Shown one piece after another: positions 15,096 to 24,784 of a DNA stretch of 33,124 nucleotides. The position numbers and the translations under genes were made by a program. Positions within the stretch are counted from its first letter, which is position 1, and each line of letters opens with the position of its first letter. This DNA is from Verrucomicrobiota bacterium. GTDB lineage: Bacteria; Verrucomicrobiota; Verrucomicrobiia; Limisphaerales; UBA9464. The notes beneath the pieces are model-generated. The model worked only from the letters and a program-made list of their open reading frames with translations, made no database searches and had not been told where the DNA came from. Where the stretch lies: the NCBI GenBank assembly GCA_017302195.1, contig JAFLEG010000001.1, forward strand, positions 1-33,124, in the 5' to 3' direction.

Positions 15096-18000
15096 TCACG
15101 GGGTGACGGTGACGCGGAAGTAGTAGGGCAGGCGCGGATCCAGCGCCGGCAGGCTGAGGGTCATGGGTTCCCTGGTACCGCGCGCGGAGGCGCCCACCGG
15201 ATTCCAGACGCCCAGCTCATTGGCGGCTTCCAGCCGGTAGTCGCGTCCGGCGCGTGTGGACCAGGTGATGCGCAGGGTGCCATTGGGCAGGGCCTCGGGG
15301 ACCGCCAACCGCAGGACGTCGGCCACGTCGTCGGGATCGGTACCGGCCAGCCACTCGGCCCGGTCGGCGGCGCCGTCGGCATCCGAGTCGTCCGCTCCCG
15401 TGAATCCGGGCGCGGCGCCGCCGAAAAACTCGGTCTCCCACAGGTCGCTGATGCCATTCCCATTCCCGTCCGGGAAGGTGTAGTTGCCGGCAAACTGGAG
15501 CGGTCCGCCGGAACCCAGCACGTTGGTCTGTGACACCGGCGTCCGGTAGTACGCCACCGGCTGCCAGGTAATCACGTAGGCGCCGGGAGGAAGGTTGGTG
15601 CGGAAGGACAGTCCCGCGCCCTGGGCCACGGCCGGACCGGCGATCTCAAAGGCCGCCTGGGCAAGATTGTTGGTCACCGTGACCAGCGTCTCCGGGACCA
15701 CATTGAGCGTGACCGCGACATCGTCGAGCAGCCAGCCGATGCGCGGTCCCGGGGTGAAGGCAAACATCTGGTAGTTGAAGCGCACCCGGATCACCGAGCC
15801 GAGGAAGCGGGAGAGATCCACCTCCACCTCCTCCCAACCCAGGGAGAATTCATCCCCCACCGCATACACGTCGGTCCAGGTGGCCCCGTCGTTGGCGGTC
15901 ACGGCGATCTGGGCCGCCTCCAGCACGAAATCGCCAAAAGGATCCTCCTCGGTTCCACCGCTCACCGAGAAGTCATAGTAATGCCAGAAGCGCAGGGTGG
16001 CCTGGTTGCCGCCGATGAGGCTGATCGCCGGCGAGATCAGATCGGAGCTGGCGAGGTCCACGTCGTTGCCCTTGAGGTTGGTGGCCCAGACCCGGCTGCC
16101 AGTATGGGCGGTGACCTCCTGGGTGTTCTCCGGCACGCCAAACTGCCAGCCGCTGGGATTGAACCCGTCGCCCCCGCCCTCATCGCCTTCGTCCTCGTCG
16201 GGGAAGCTTGCGCCGGTGCCGGCGTCGTCGTTGAAGACGATCCAGCCCGCCTCCGCCGCGTCGAAGGGATCCGACCACGGCGCCGACAGCGGCTTCAGGG
16301 TGCGGACCGTGTGAAACTGTCCGGCCGTGCCGCTGGCGGCCAGATTGCCGGCGGCGTCACGGCTCACCACCTGGAAGTAGTAAAGGCGGTCGGGCAGCAG
16401 CCCGGCCAGACGCACCTCGTGCTCGGTGGCCAGCTCGGCACTATAGCCGCTGCGGGTGAGGAACGACTCATCCCCGCCGGACTCGCCGAAGCGCACCAGA
16501 GCATCGCTGGCCTTGTCGGTGGTCCAGAGGATGGTGGCCTCGTTGTAGCCGGGATCGGACGACACCCCGGAGATCACCGGCGCCGCGGTGTCCACCGCCG
16601 CCGAGGCCAGCGTTTCCGCGTTGGCGGCGTCGGTATAGGAAGCCTGGAGCTGGTCGCCGTGCGTGGCAATCAACCGGTCCGAAGCCGCGGGGGATCCGGG
16701 AGGCTGCAGGGTGAGGCGTCCCCGGAACACCCCACGCCGGGTGACTTCGGACAAGGTCAGGGTGACCGACTGGGCGCCATTGGCGACGTGGGCTTGGACC
16801 GAACCCTCCCCGGCACGGCCGCTGTCAATCACCTCGACCACCACGCTGGATGGCACGGTGTAGGCGCCCTGATCAAAGGCGATCGCGCCGCCCGGTGAGA
16901 GTTCGGGCGCCAGAAACCGGAGCGCATTGGCCAGCAGCGTGGGCCGGTTGTTGGGAGCCGGGGCATCCAGGGGGATCGCCTCGAACGGGAAGGCGTAGAA
17001 CACCACCCGGCCGCCGGGGCTGTCCTGTCCGGACCGCGGATACCGCAGCCCCACCACCCGCTGGCTTTCCTGAAGAAACACCGGCGCGGCTTCGGGTCCG
17101 GGATTGATGTGGTCCGTCACATCGGTCCAGCCCGAGAGGCCGTTGAGCGAGAAGAGCAGGTCCACCAGGAAGCCGCTGGGAAACTCGTCGTAGTTCAGGT
17201 CGGTCTGCAGTCCGGCGCCCGCCACATCGCCCGGCACCGCGTCCAGGGTCGCCGCCCCGGCATCCACCTGGAACCCCTCCACGTGCAGGATGTCCCGCAT
17301 GAAGTTGGTCTCGCCCGGCATCTCGGTGAGCCGGGTCAGCAGGTCGTGGGACACCACGAACAGCGAGCCGCCGCCGGCCAGATAGGATTGCACCGCGGTG
17401 GTCATTCCGGGCAGCGGTCCGGCCGCCTCCTCCGGACGCCACACCACCAGACGGTAGGGCTGCAGCTCCTCGGGGCGTGGCGCGCGGTTGACCACGCTGG
17501 TGTCCCAGACCTCGTAGTCCACCCGCAGCGCATCCAGCGCGCTGGTCCAGTACTCGATGCCCGGATAGGGCGACTCGGCGAGCTGGTCGAACAGCGTTTC
17601 GGGCGAATACACCAGCAGGGCCGACGCCGGTTCCGGCGCCACGAACCGCAGCAGCACCCCGCCATTGTTGTTGGTGGTGGCATTGCCCGCGCGGTCGGTG
17701 GCGGCGACGTAGAAGAAGTAGGTGGTGCCCGGCTCCAGCGGCGGCAGCGCCACGGAGGGCTGCAGGCGGAAGGCGGGATCCACGACAAGGTTGGTCACGG
17801 CATTGGTGGTGCCGAACCACACCCGCGAGCTGGCCGGCTCGCTGTTGAGCCATTCGATGCTCACGCGTCCGAACTCGCGCACCGCCGCGATCCCGGAGAT
17901 CACCGGCGGCTGGGCGTCCACCCGGGCCACGGCGCGGCGCTCGCCCGGCGGACTGGCGTCGCGATAGACCGCGGCCAGCGCGTCACTGTCCGCCACCGAC

Positions 18001-20360
18001 AGGCGGGCATCGTTGGCCGCGGGCGTTGCCGAGGTCAGCGGCACGGTGCCCAGAAAGCTGCCGAAATTGCCCACCGCAGCCAGCGTCACCCCCTGGCCCG
18101 CGGGTTCGGTGGTGCTGGTCACGGTGACCGTCACCGAGGCCTCCCCGGCCAATTGTTGATCCACCAGCCGCAGCGTGGCCACCGCGTCCGCCTGATAGGC
18201 CTCCCGGTCCCAGGAGATCACCCCCTCGCCCGGGGTGGGGAGTTGACCGGAAAGCACCAGGGCAAAGTCCTGCTCCGCCGCACCGGAGGAACGCCGGTGC
18301 ACGTCCTGGACCACGTTGCGCGCGACGACGCGGAGGATCCATTCGCCGGCCGCCGGTTCGGACAGATGCACGCCCTCGACATTGTTGATGCGATCCGCGG
18401 CGAAGGTGCCCGCGATGCTCTCGCCATCGGCGAAGGCGTTGCCGCGATAGACATCGCCATTGGGGGCGATCACCTCCAGGTCCAGGTCGTTGACCAGTGC
18501 GGGAATCGCCGCCGGCAGCGCCGGCACGTCGGTGTACACCAGGGTGACCTTGAGCTGATCGTCGGCGCCCACCACCACCCGGCGTTCGAAGGCCTGTCCG
18601 GTCGCCAGTCCTACGCCCTGTTCCAGGAACTCAAAGCGGCGCTCGGAATCCATCAGCGTCACCAGGTTCATCCGGCCCCAGCCCTCGTCCTGGTTGGGCA
18701 CCGGACCGGTATCCCCGACCACGATGCCGCCGCCCTCGTCGTCCGGATCGCCCCCGCCCCCCCCGTCGCCATCGGGAATCACCGCGGTGCTCATGTCATC
18801 GGACGAGTTGATCAGCATGGCCTTCACCAGCGCCGGCGAGGGCGTGGCGCCGCCGTGCGTCTCGCGGTACCACTGGATGGCCACCGCCGCACCGCCGGCG
18901 GCGTGGGGTCCGGCCTGGGAGGTGCCGCCCTGGTAGAGGTAGTACTCACTGATGGGACCCCAGGCGTTGTTGTCGTTGGCAAAGAGGGAGCGCAGGGAGG
19001 CGATCCAGGTGCCGGGCGCCACCAGGTCCGGCTTGATCCGTCCGTCGGCGGCAGGTCCCCGGGAGGAGAAGTCCGCCATCACTTCCTGTCCCTCGCCGTA
19101 GAGCGGAAACTCGAACCGGTTGTTCTGCGTCGCGCCGGTGGCGATCACGTTCTTGGCGACGGCGGGTGTGCCGATGGTCTGGGGACCTGGACCCGAATTC
19201 CCCGCGCTGAACTCCAGCACATAGGGCTGTTCCCCGGGGAAGTCCGGATCCGCATCGCGCACCAGGGCGTCGAATTCGGCGGCCGTGAGATCGTACTGGC
19301 CGCCGTTGTCGTCGCCCCAGGAGTTGGATCCGACATACGCGCCGCTGCGCACGGCATCCTGGACCAGGGCGGTGAAACTTGGCGGCGGACGGTACGCGCC
19401 CGAACCGTCAAAGATCCGCTGGCCGACCAGGCGCGCGCCCGGTGCGACGCCCAGTCCGTACAGGTAGCCATTGTCGTCCTTCTCCCCGGACGCGCCGTTG
19501 CCCAGCACAATGCCGGCGCAGTGCGTGCCGTGGCTGTGCTCGTCGGCGGCGTCGGGCAGGTTGTCGTAGGCGAACAGGGCTTCCAGGCGTCCGTCGAGGT
19601 CCGGGTGCAGCACCGTGGGATCCCCGGAATCAATGCCCGAGTCGGCCACGGACACGATCACCCCGCGTCCGTCGTATCCCAGCCGGTGCACCCCGGCCAG
19701 CCCGCCCTCGCTGATCGTCTCGCCGGCCACCACCTCGGTGGACACCGCATCGAGCAGCTTCATCCGGGGGGCCGGTTCGATCCACAGCACCGCCGGCGAC
19801 TGCGCCAGCACCCGGAGCTGCGCCAGGTTCAGCGATCCCTCGTAGGTGATGCCCATGCCCAGCACCGAACGCCGCCGTGCGCCCTGGAGATGCCGGAAGA
19901 CCAGGGCCAGCTCGTCGCCCGCCAGATCGGACCGGGTGAGCAGCCGCACCGGCGCCTTGAGTCCGATGCCGGCGGAGAACACTCCGGCAAGGCGCGGATC
20001 CATCTTGTGCCGGGGTTCGTAGGGTCCGACCCAGCGCACCCCCGGCTCGTTTCGCACGGATGAGACCCGCACCCCGCGCAACCGGGCGACAAAGGCGTCG
20101 TCCGGGACGTACTGCAGGAGATCCACCCCCCGCCCCCGAAGACCCGTCTGGGCCGCCTCATCAGGAACCGATTGAAACTGAATGAGGTACAATCCCTCGA
20201 CCGCCGGATCATCGGCCGTCGCCAGCGCGCCGCGTGCCTGCGCCGAGCGGGCGGCGGTGGCGATGGTCTCGGTGCGCAGGCGGATGTAGCGCGTCTCCTG
20301 CGCCAGCAGCGCCGAGCCGAGAAGAAGGGTCAGAAGACCGCGCTGAAGCCACAGGATCAC
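15096..20360 (-). CDS. Giant secreted multidomain subtilisin-like (S8) serine protease, 1754 aa
   Basis: Catalytic motifs VADSGIDSG (Asp), HGTHCAGIVLG (His) and GGTSQAGPHAAGGAAV (Ser). Signal peptide MILWLQRGLLTLLLGSALLAQ with a GTG start. Two FN3/purple-acid-phosphatase-N-like modules, a MAM-like C-terminal module and a D-rich calcium-binding-like stretch DSDADGAADRAEWLAGTDPDD. Confidence 0.9.
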   Translation of the reverse strand: MILWLQRGLLTLLLGSALLAQETRYIRLRTETIATAARSAQARGALATADDPAVEGLYLIQFQSVPDEAAQTGLRGRGVDLLQYVPDDAFVARLRGVRVSSVRNEPGVRWVGPYEPRHKMDPRLAGVFSAGIGLKAPVRLLTRSDLAGDELALVFRHLQGARRRSVLGMGITYEGSLNLAQLRVLAQSPAVLWIEPAPRMKLLDAVSTEVVAGETISEGGLAGVHRLGYDGRGVIVSVADSGIDSGDPTVLHPDLDGRLEALFAYDNLPDAADEHSHGTHCAGIVLGNGASGEKDDNGYLYGLGVAPGARLVGQRIFDGSGAYRPPPSFTALVQDAVRSGAYVGSNSWGDDNGGQYDLTAAEFDALVRDADPDFPGEQPYVLEFSAGNSGPGPQTIGTPAVAKNVIATGATQNNRFEFPLYGEGQEVMADFSSRGPAADGRIKPDLVAPGTWIASLRSLFANDNNAWGPISEYYLYQGGTSQAGPHAAGGAAVAIQWYRETHGGATPSPALVKAMLINSSDDMSTAVIPDGDGGGGGDPDDEGGGIVVGDTGPVPNQDEGWGRMNLVTLMDSERRFEFLEQGVGLATGQAFERRVVVGADDQLKVTLVYTDVPALPAAIPALVNDLDLEVIAPNGDVYRGNAFADGESIAGTFAADRINNVEGVHLSEPAAGEWILRVVARNVVQDVHRRSSGAAEQDFALVLSGQLPTPGEGVISWDREAYQADAVATLRLVDQQLAGEASVTVTVTSTTEPAGQGVTLAAVGNFGSFLGTVPLTSATPAANDARLSVADSDALAAVYRDASPPGERRAVARVDAQPPVISGIAAVREFGRVSIEWLNSEPASSRVWFGTTNAVTNLVVDPAFRLQPSVALPPLEPGTTYFFYVAATDRAGNATTNNNGGVLLRFVAPEPASALLVYSPETLFDQLAESPYPGIEYWTSALDALRVDYEVWDTSVVNRAPRPEELQPYRLVVWRPEEAAGPLPGMTTAVQSYLAGGGSLFVVSHDLLTRLTEMPGETNFMRDILHVEGFQVDAGAATLDAVPGDVAGAGLQTDLNYDEFPSGFLVDLLFSLNGLSGWTDVTDHINPGPEAAPVFLQESQRVVGLRYPRSGQDSPGGRVVFYAFPFEAIPLDAPAPNNRPTLLANALRFLAPELSPGGAIAFDQGAYTVPSSVVVEVIDSGRAGEGSVQAHVANGAQSVTLTLSEVTRRGVFRGRLTLQPPGSPAASDRLIATHGDQLQASYTDAANAETLASAAVDTAAPVISGVSSDPGYNEATILWTTDKASDALVRFGESGGDESFLTRSGYSAELATEHEVRLAGLLPDRLYYFQVVSRDAAGNLAASGTAGQFHTVRTLKPLSAPWSDPFDAAEAGWIVFNDDAGTGASFPDEDEGDEGGGDGFNPSGWQFGVPENTQEVTAHTGSRVWATNLKGNDVDLASSDLISPAISLIGGNQATLRFWHYYDFSVSGGTEEDPFGDFVLEAAQIAVTANDGATWTDVYAVGDEFSLGWEEVEVDLSRFLGSVIRVRFNYQMFAFTPGPRIGWLLDDVAVTLNVVPETLVTVTNNLAQAAFEIAGPAVAQGAGLSFRTNLPPGAYVITWQPVAYYRTPVSQTNVLGSGGPLQFAGNYTFPDGNGNGISDLWETEFFGGAAPGFTGADDSDADGAADRAEWLAGTDPDDVADVLRLAVPEALPNGTLRITWSTRAGRDYRLEAANELGVWNPVGASARGTREPMTLSLPALDPRLPYYFRVTVTP

Positions 20361-20416
20361 GACCCACGGTAAGCCAGACCCGTGCCGTTCGCCAAAACTC
20401 CCGGACTTTCCGGTAA

Positions 20417-20444
20417 AGGATGAAGGATGAGGGATGAAAGATGA
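20417..20444. repeat. Four tandem copies of a heptamer (AAGGATG-like)
   Basis: aaggatg aaggatg agggatg aaagatg, located 57-84 nt upstream of the protease GTG start on the opposite strand. Confidence 0.85.
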
Positions 20445-20667
20445 CGTAGGCGCCGACGTGAGGAGGCTGCCCCCCGGCTGTGGGGATGCCGGAAGGTGGG
20501 CGAAAGCCGACCGGGGCGGGGAAGGAAGTCAGAGTCGTGACCTCGTCTGCTACGTAGGCGACGACGTGAGGAATCTCTCACTCCACCCGCGCGGCAGGAG
20601 TCTTCGCGCTTGTGGCGACAGCCGCATGCAGCGAGGGAAGAAGTCAGAGCCTGTCACCTCGTCTCCC
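20445..20667. repeat. Two families of short interspersed direct repeats (A x2, B x2)
   Basis: A is acgtaggcgccgacgtgagga (20445-20465) versus acgtaggcgacgacgtgagga (20553-20573), one mismatch. B is gaagtcagagtcgtgacctcgtctgc (20526-20551) versus gaagtcagagcctgtcacctcgtctcc (20641-20667). Confidence 0.8.
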
Positions 20668-20774
20668 GCCCTGAAAACCGCCCCAAATCCTTGCCTGACT
20701 TCCATCGCCTCCGCGTCACCCTGCCGGCATGACGGCGACCGAACCCTGGGCTTGCCCCGGTTTCGTGGGCGCGG

Positions 20775-21110
20775 ATGATTCGGGCTGTGGAAAAGGTCCG
20801 CGAACGACTGCTCCGCGCCGCACGCGCACTGGATGCGGCCGGGATCGCCTACGCCGTGGTGGGTGGCAACACAGTTGCCGCACATGTGTCGCGCGTGGAC
20901 GAAGCCGCGGTCCGCACCACCCGCGATGTGGTCCTCCTGCTGCGTCGCTCCGATCTTGCGGCGGCGGCGGCCGCACTGACGGGCGTGGGATTCACCCATC
21001 GGCGGGTCGCCGGGCTGGGCATGCCGGAAGGCATGGATGCCTCCTGGTGCGATCGCCTGTCGCCGCCCCTGGCCCGCCGCCTGCAGGAGCTGCTCGACAA
21101 CCCGGAGTGA
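20775..21110 (+). CDS. Short nucleotidyltransferase-fold-like hypothetical protein (possibly an internally deleted remnant)
   Basis: IAYAVVGGNTVAAHVSRVDEAAVRTTRDVVLLLRRSDL resembles the GG...D.D core of small nucleotidyltransferases. At 111 aa it seems short for that family. The call rests on memory of similar PVC proteins. Confidence 0.4.
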   Translation: MIRAVEKVRERLLRAARALDAAGIAYAVVGGNTVAAHVSRVDEAAVRTTRDVVLLLRRSDLAAAAAALTGVGFTHRRVAGLGMPEGMDASWCDRLSPPLARRLQELLDNPE

Positions 21111-21195
21111 AGGCCATGCGCGCCGCCCGCGGGCTCCGCGCTGACGCCATCGGGGCAGCTTCCACAACAGTTCGATCCCCGTTACGGTTTACGCC

Positions 21196-22911
21196 ATGTC
21201 AGCGACCAACTTCAACACCAAGAACGACACCTATCGAAAGTTGATGGGGAATGGGCTGACCTACCGCATTCCGCGCTATCAGCGCGACTATAGCTGGACC
21301 GAGGAGGAGTGGGAGGACTTGTGGATGGATGTGCTCGGAACCATCAGGACAGGTGGCGAACCGGCGCACTACATGGGGTACCTCGTTCTGCAGTCCGAGA
21401 ATGACAAGGTCTTCGACGTGATTGACGGGCAGCAGCGCCTCACAACCCTGACCCTCATTGTCCTCGCGGTGCTCAAGAACATCCGGCGCCTGATTGAGGA
21501 CGGAAAGGATGCCGACCGGAACCGGCAGCGTCTCGACCAGATCCGCCAGACCTACGTGGGCTATCTGGACCCCGTGACGCTGGTTTCCCGTTCCAAGCTC
21601 TCCCTGAATCGCAACAACGACACCTATTTTCAGACGTATATCGTCCCGTTGGGACATCTCCCGATGCGCGGGTTTCGCGCCTCGGAGCACAGCTTGCGCA
21701 AGGCGTTTGAGTGGTTCGAGAAGCGCATCGCCGCCTATGCCGCCAAGGCCGGCGGGGAATCCGGAGTGGTCCTTGCGCAGTTTGTCGAATCCCTGAGCGA
21801 CAGGCTCTTTTTCACCGTCATCACCGTCACCGACGAGTTGAACGCCTACAAGGTGTTCGAAACGCTCAACGCACGCGGAGTCCGGCTCTCCGCCACGGAC
21901 CTGCTCAAGAACTACCTCTTCTCCGTCCTTCACAAGGATGGCCAGCATGAGCATGAGATGAAATCGCTGGAGAACCGCTGGGAGGCCATGGTGGGCCGCC
22001 TCGGCAGCGAGAGCTTTCCAGACTTCCTGCGTGTCCATTGGAACAGCCGGTTCTCGTTCGTCCGCCAGACCGAACTGTTCAAGACCATCCGTGGCAGGAT
22101 CGCCACGCGGGATGCGGTCTTCGAGTTGGTTCGGCAGATGGAGGAGGACGTGGACGCCTACATGGCCCTTACGCATCCGGAATCCTCCCAGTGGTCCCCC
22201 GCCCTCAAGCACCACGCCGCCGACCTCCGCATGTTCGGTGTGCGGCAACCCTATCCGCTCCTGCTGGCGGCGCGCCGTTCGTTTCCCGACTCCGGATTTG
22301 AAAGCGTCCTGCGGGCCAGCGTGATCATTTCCTTTCGCTACAACGTCATTGGCAGCCAACCCACCAACGAGCAGGAGCGTGTTTACAATGCTGTGGCCGA
22401 GAAGCTGGCCTTGAGGCAGATCACCGACACCGGGGCCGTGCTGGCCGCGGTGTCGTCTGTCTATCCTGGCGACGAGGTCTTCCGGGCCGCCTTCGCCGAG
22501 AAAACGCTCCGCACCACCCAGTCCCGCAACAGGCGCGTTGTCCGTTACATCCTCTGCGCGTTGGAAAAGCGCCTGGAGGGTTCCGACCTCGACGTGGACG
22601 GTGACGGCTTCAACCTGGAACACATCCTGCCGGAGAATCCGGAGACGGGATGGAATGCCTTCACAGACGACGAGGTCGAAGCCCTCGTCTATCGTCTGGG
22701 CAACCTCACCCTGCTGGCCAAGGGTGCGAACAGTGACCTGGGCAACACGGCGTTTGCCGCCAAGAGGGGGGTGTATGCCGCCAGTCCGTTTGGCATCACC
22801 AGGAAAGTCGCGGAGGACAATTCGGATTGGAGCCCGGAACGGCTGGCCGCACGGCAGGACTGGATGGCCAACCAGGCGACGGCGATTTGGCGTGTGGACC
22901 AGCTTTCATGA
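21196..22911 (+). CDS. GmrSD-family DUF262 (ParB-like NTPase) + DUF1524 (His-Me finger nuclease) protein; putative type IV, modification-dependent restriction enzyme
   Basis: N-terminal IPRYQRDYSW and VIDGQQRLTTL motifs. C-terminal NLEHILPENP...LGNLTLLAKGANSDLGN. Size is 571 aa. Confidence 0.9.
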   Translation: MSATNFNTKNDTYRKLMGNGLTYRIPRYQRDYSWTEEEWEDLWMDVLGTIRTGGEPAHYMGYLVLQSENDKVFDVIDGQQRLTTLTLIVLAVLKNIRRLIEDGKDADRNRQRLDQIRQTYVGYLDPVTLVSRSKLSLNRNNDTYFQTYIVPLGHLPMRGFRASEHSLRKAFEWFEKRIAAYAAKAGGESGVVLAQFVESLSDRLFFTVITVTDELNAYKVFETLNARGVRLSATDLLKNYLFSVLHKDGQHEHEMKSLENRWEAMVGRLGSESFPDFLRVHWNSRFSFVRQTELFKTIRGRIATRDAVFELVRQMEEDVDAYMALTHPESSQWSPALKHHAADLRMFGVRQPYPLLLAARRSFPDSGFESVLRASVIISFRYNVIGSQPTNEQERVYNAVAEKLALRQITDTGAVLAAVSSVYPGDEVFRAAFAEKTLRTTQSRNRRVVRYILCALEKRLEGSDLDVDGDGFNLEHILPENPETGWNAFTDDEVEALVYRLGNLTLLAKGANSDLGNTAFAAKRGVYAASPFGITRKVAEDNSDWSPERLAARQDWMANQATAIWRVDQLS

Positions 22912-22987
22912 AGTTGCTTGAGCTTGGATGGTGCGCGTCTACAGATGCAGCGCGGTCATTTCGTGGTGTTCGGTTCATTCCAGTCTC

Positions 22988-24682
22988 ATGCAAGCAGTCG
23001 AACAATTCGTGAAGTCCCTCGGAAGGACCTCGGCTGTCCTTTGCCTCATGGGGCGGCTAACACTGGTTGCCCAGTTTCACGACTACGCGATAGTGCATTA
23101 CTTCAAGAGTGATTCCCTTGGACAGCGTCCTTGGGGGCGCTTGGTGGAAGCTCAGCCCGGCCAACTGTTTGGGGTAACTGACGAAGGCGGGGGCTTGGGC
23201 AGCGATGGGGTTGTCTTCAGGCTGAATCTCGACGAGGCGAACTATTCCGTTCTCCATCGCTTCCTGCGCGGAGCGAATCCCACGTCACCACGCGCTGAAA
23301 TGATGCTGGCATCCGACGGTTTTCTCTACGGGACCGCATACGTCGGGGACGAACACTCAGGAGGGATTTTCAAGATCAGGCCGGATGGAACGGCCTACCA
23401 GACGATCTGGGAGCCCACTGAAGCCGAATCCGGGGTCTCGTTCTTTGCCCCGTTGGTCCAAGGCTCCGACGGCGCTCTCTACGGGGTTGCTGAGGGAGGG
23501 GGTCAGTTCCAGGAGGGGTGCGTCTTTCGGATAAGCCGCGATGGAGCCAATTATCGGAACATTAGAAGCTTCGGGGAATACGACACGGAAGGAAAGCGTC
23601 CAGTCTCGGGTCTGCTCATCGCTCGTGAAGGAGTGTTGCTTGGCGCAACACCCGAGGGGGGAACACAAGGGAAGGGAGTCCTCTTTTCGCTGCTACAAAG
23701 CGGCGACAATTATTGCGTCCTGCACGACTTCAAAGGGGGCGGCGGAGATGGGGCCGGCCCGATCAGGCGCCTAATTCTCGGCGCCGATGGTTGGATTTAC
23801 GGGGCCAGTGCGCTGGGTGGCGCTAAGGAGTGTGGCACGGTTTTCAAAATCAGGCCTGATGGGGCAAGCTTTTCAGTGCTTTATGAATTCCAAGGCCCGC
23901 CTGAGGACGGCAAGTGGCCCAACGCTCTTCTCGAAGCCAGCGACGGGTCGCTTTACGGAACATGTGCAACAGGCGGTAGCGCTGAACACTACGGAACCGT
24001 CTTCAAGATTGAGCGCGACGGAAGTGGTTATCGGCAGTTGAGAAGCTTTTTCCACGGCACCCTGCCGAACGGACTCGCCGAGGTGCAAGATCCCGTCGAA
24101 GGCTTGGTCCAAGCGTCGGATGGCGCTCTCTATGGCGCAGGCATCGACACGATCTTCAGATTCTTCATCAACGCCGCACCCAAGGTATCCGGCGCTATTC
24201 CTGCCGTGACGACACGCTATGGAAGCGCCTTCTCGTTCCGTCTGCCTGACGCGCTCTTTACCGAGCCAGACACGGGCCAGTCGTTGACGATCTCTATGGA
24301 GGCTGTTCCACCAGGAATCAGCTTTGATCCGCTGACTGGCGCGCTCGAGGGTGTTCCAACGGCAGCGGGGCAATTCTCGGTTAAAATCACGGCGACTGAC
24401 AGCCATCCGTCACCTCGTTCTGCGTCCACCTTACTCTCGTTGACCGTTGCACCTGTCCTCAAGTGGATCAGTGCTGAAGCGTTGGAGGGATTCCGTCATG
24501 CCGTTCGATTTCAGGTGACGCCTGCCGGAAGCTACGTGATTCAAGGCACACGAGTTCTGAGTCCGAGACCCACATGGACCATGGTTGCCACAGCTCAAAC
24601 CGATGCTTCGGGGATATTGGCGTTTACAAATTACTTCACTGGCCTCGGTAACGGGTATTCTTATCGAGTCGTCTTGCCTTAA
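22988..24682 (+). CDS. GloVer (Gloeo_Verruco) repeat beta-propeller protein with C-terminal Ig/cadherin-like domain
   Basis: Six to seven ~45-aa repeats of the type SDG.LYG....GG....G.VFKI..DG..Y..L..F, for example GGAKECGTVFKIRPDGASFSVLYEF and GGSAEHYGTVFKIERDGSGYRQLRSF. Then ...FSFRLPDALFTEPDTGQSLTISMEAVPPGISFDPLTGALEGVP. An alternative ATG lies at 22928. Confidence 0.85.
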   Translation: MQAVEQFVKSLGRTSAVLCLMGRLTLVAQFHDYAIVHYFKSDSLGQRPWGRLVEAQPGQLFGVTDEGGGLGSDGVVFRLNLDEANYSVLHRFLRGANPTSPRAEMMLASDGFLYGTAYVGDEHSGGIFKIRPDGTAYQTIWEPTEAESGVSFFAPLVQGSDGALYGVAEGGGQFQEGCVFRISRDGANYRNIRSFGEYDTEGKRPVSGLLIAREGVLLGATPEGGTQGKGVLFSLLQSGDNYCVLHDFKGGGGDGAGPIRRLILGADGWIYGASALGGAKECGTVFKIRPDGASFSVLYEFQGPPEDGKWPNALLEASDGSLYGTCATGGSAEHYGTVFKIERDGSGYRQLRSFFHGTLPNGLAEVQDPVEGLVQASDGALYGAGIDTIFRFFINAAPKVSGAIPAVTTRYGSAFSFRLPDALFTEPDTGQSLTISMEAVPPGISFDPLTGALEGVPTAAGQFSVKITATDSHPSPRSASTLLSLTVAPVLKWISAEALEGFRHAVRFQVTPAGSYVIQGTRVLSPRPTWTMVATAQTDASGILAFTNYFTGLGNGYSYRVVLP

Positions 24683-24784
24683 ACCACACAGGTTGCCACG
24701 TGTTGCATCGAACCTCACGGCCACAGGGTCAGCCGCGCCAATGATCTCAGGGGTGCAGCCAGCAGCGTTTGATCGGAGAACTAA

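Noticed and set aside
20729-21244. 171-aa plus-strand ORF overlapping the nucleotidyltransferase-like ORF in another frame.
   Set aside because: The translation is R/G/P-rich and non-protein-like. The 20775 frame carries the recognisable GG...D.D-type core.
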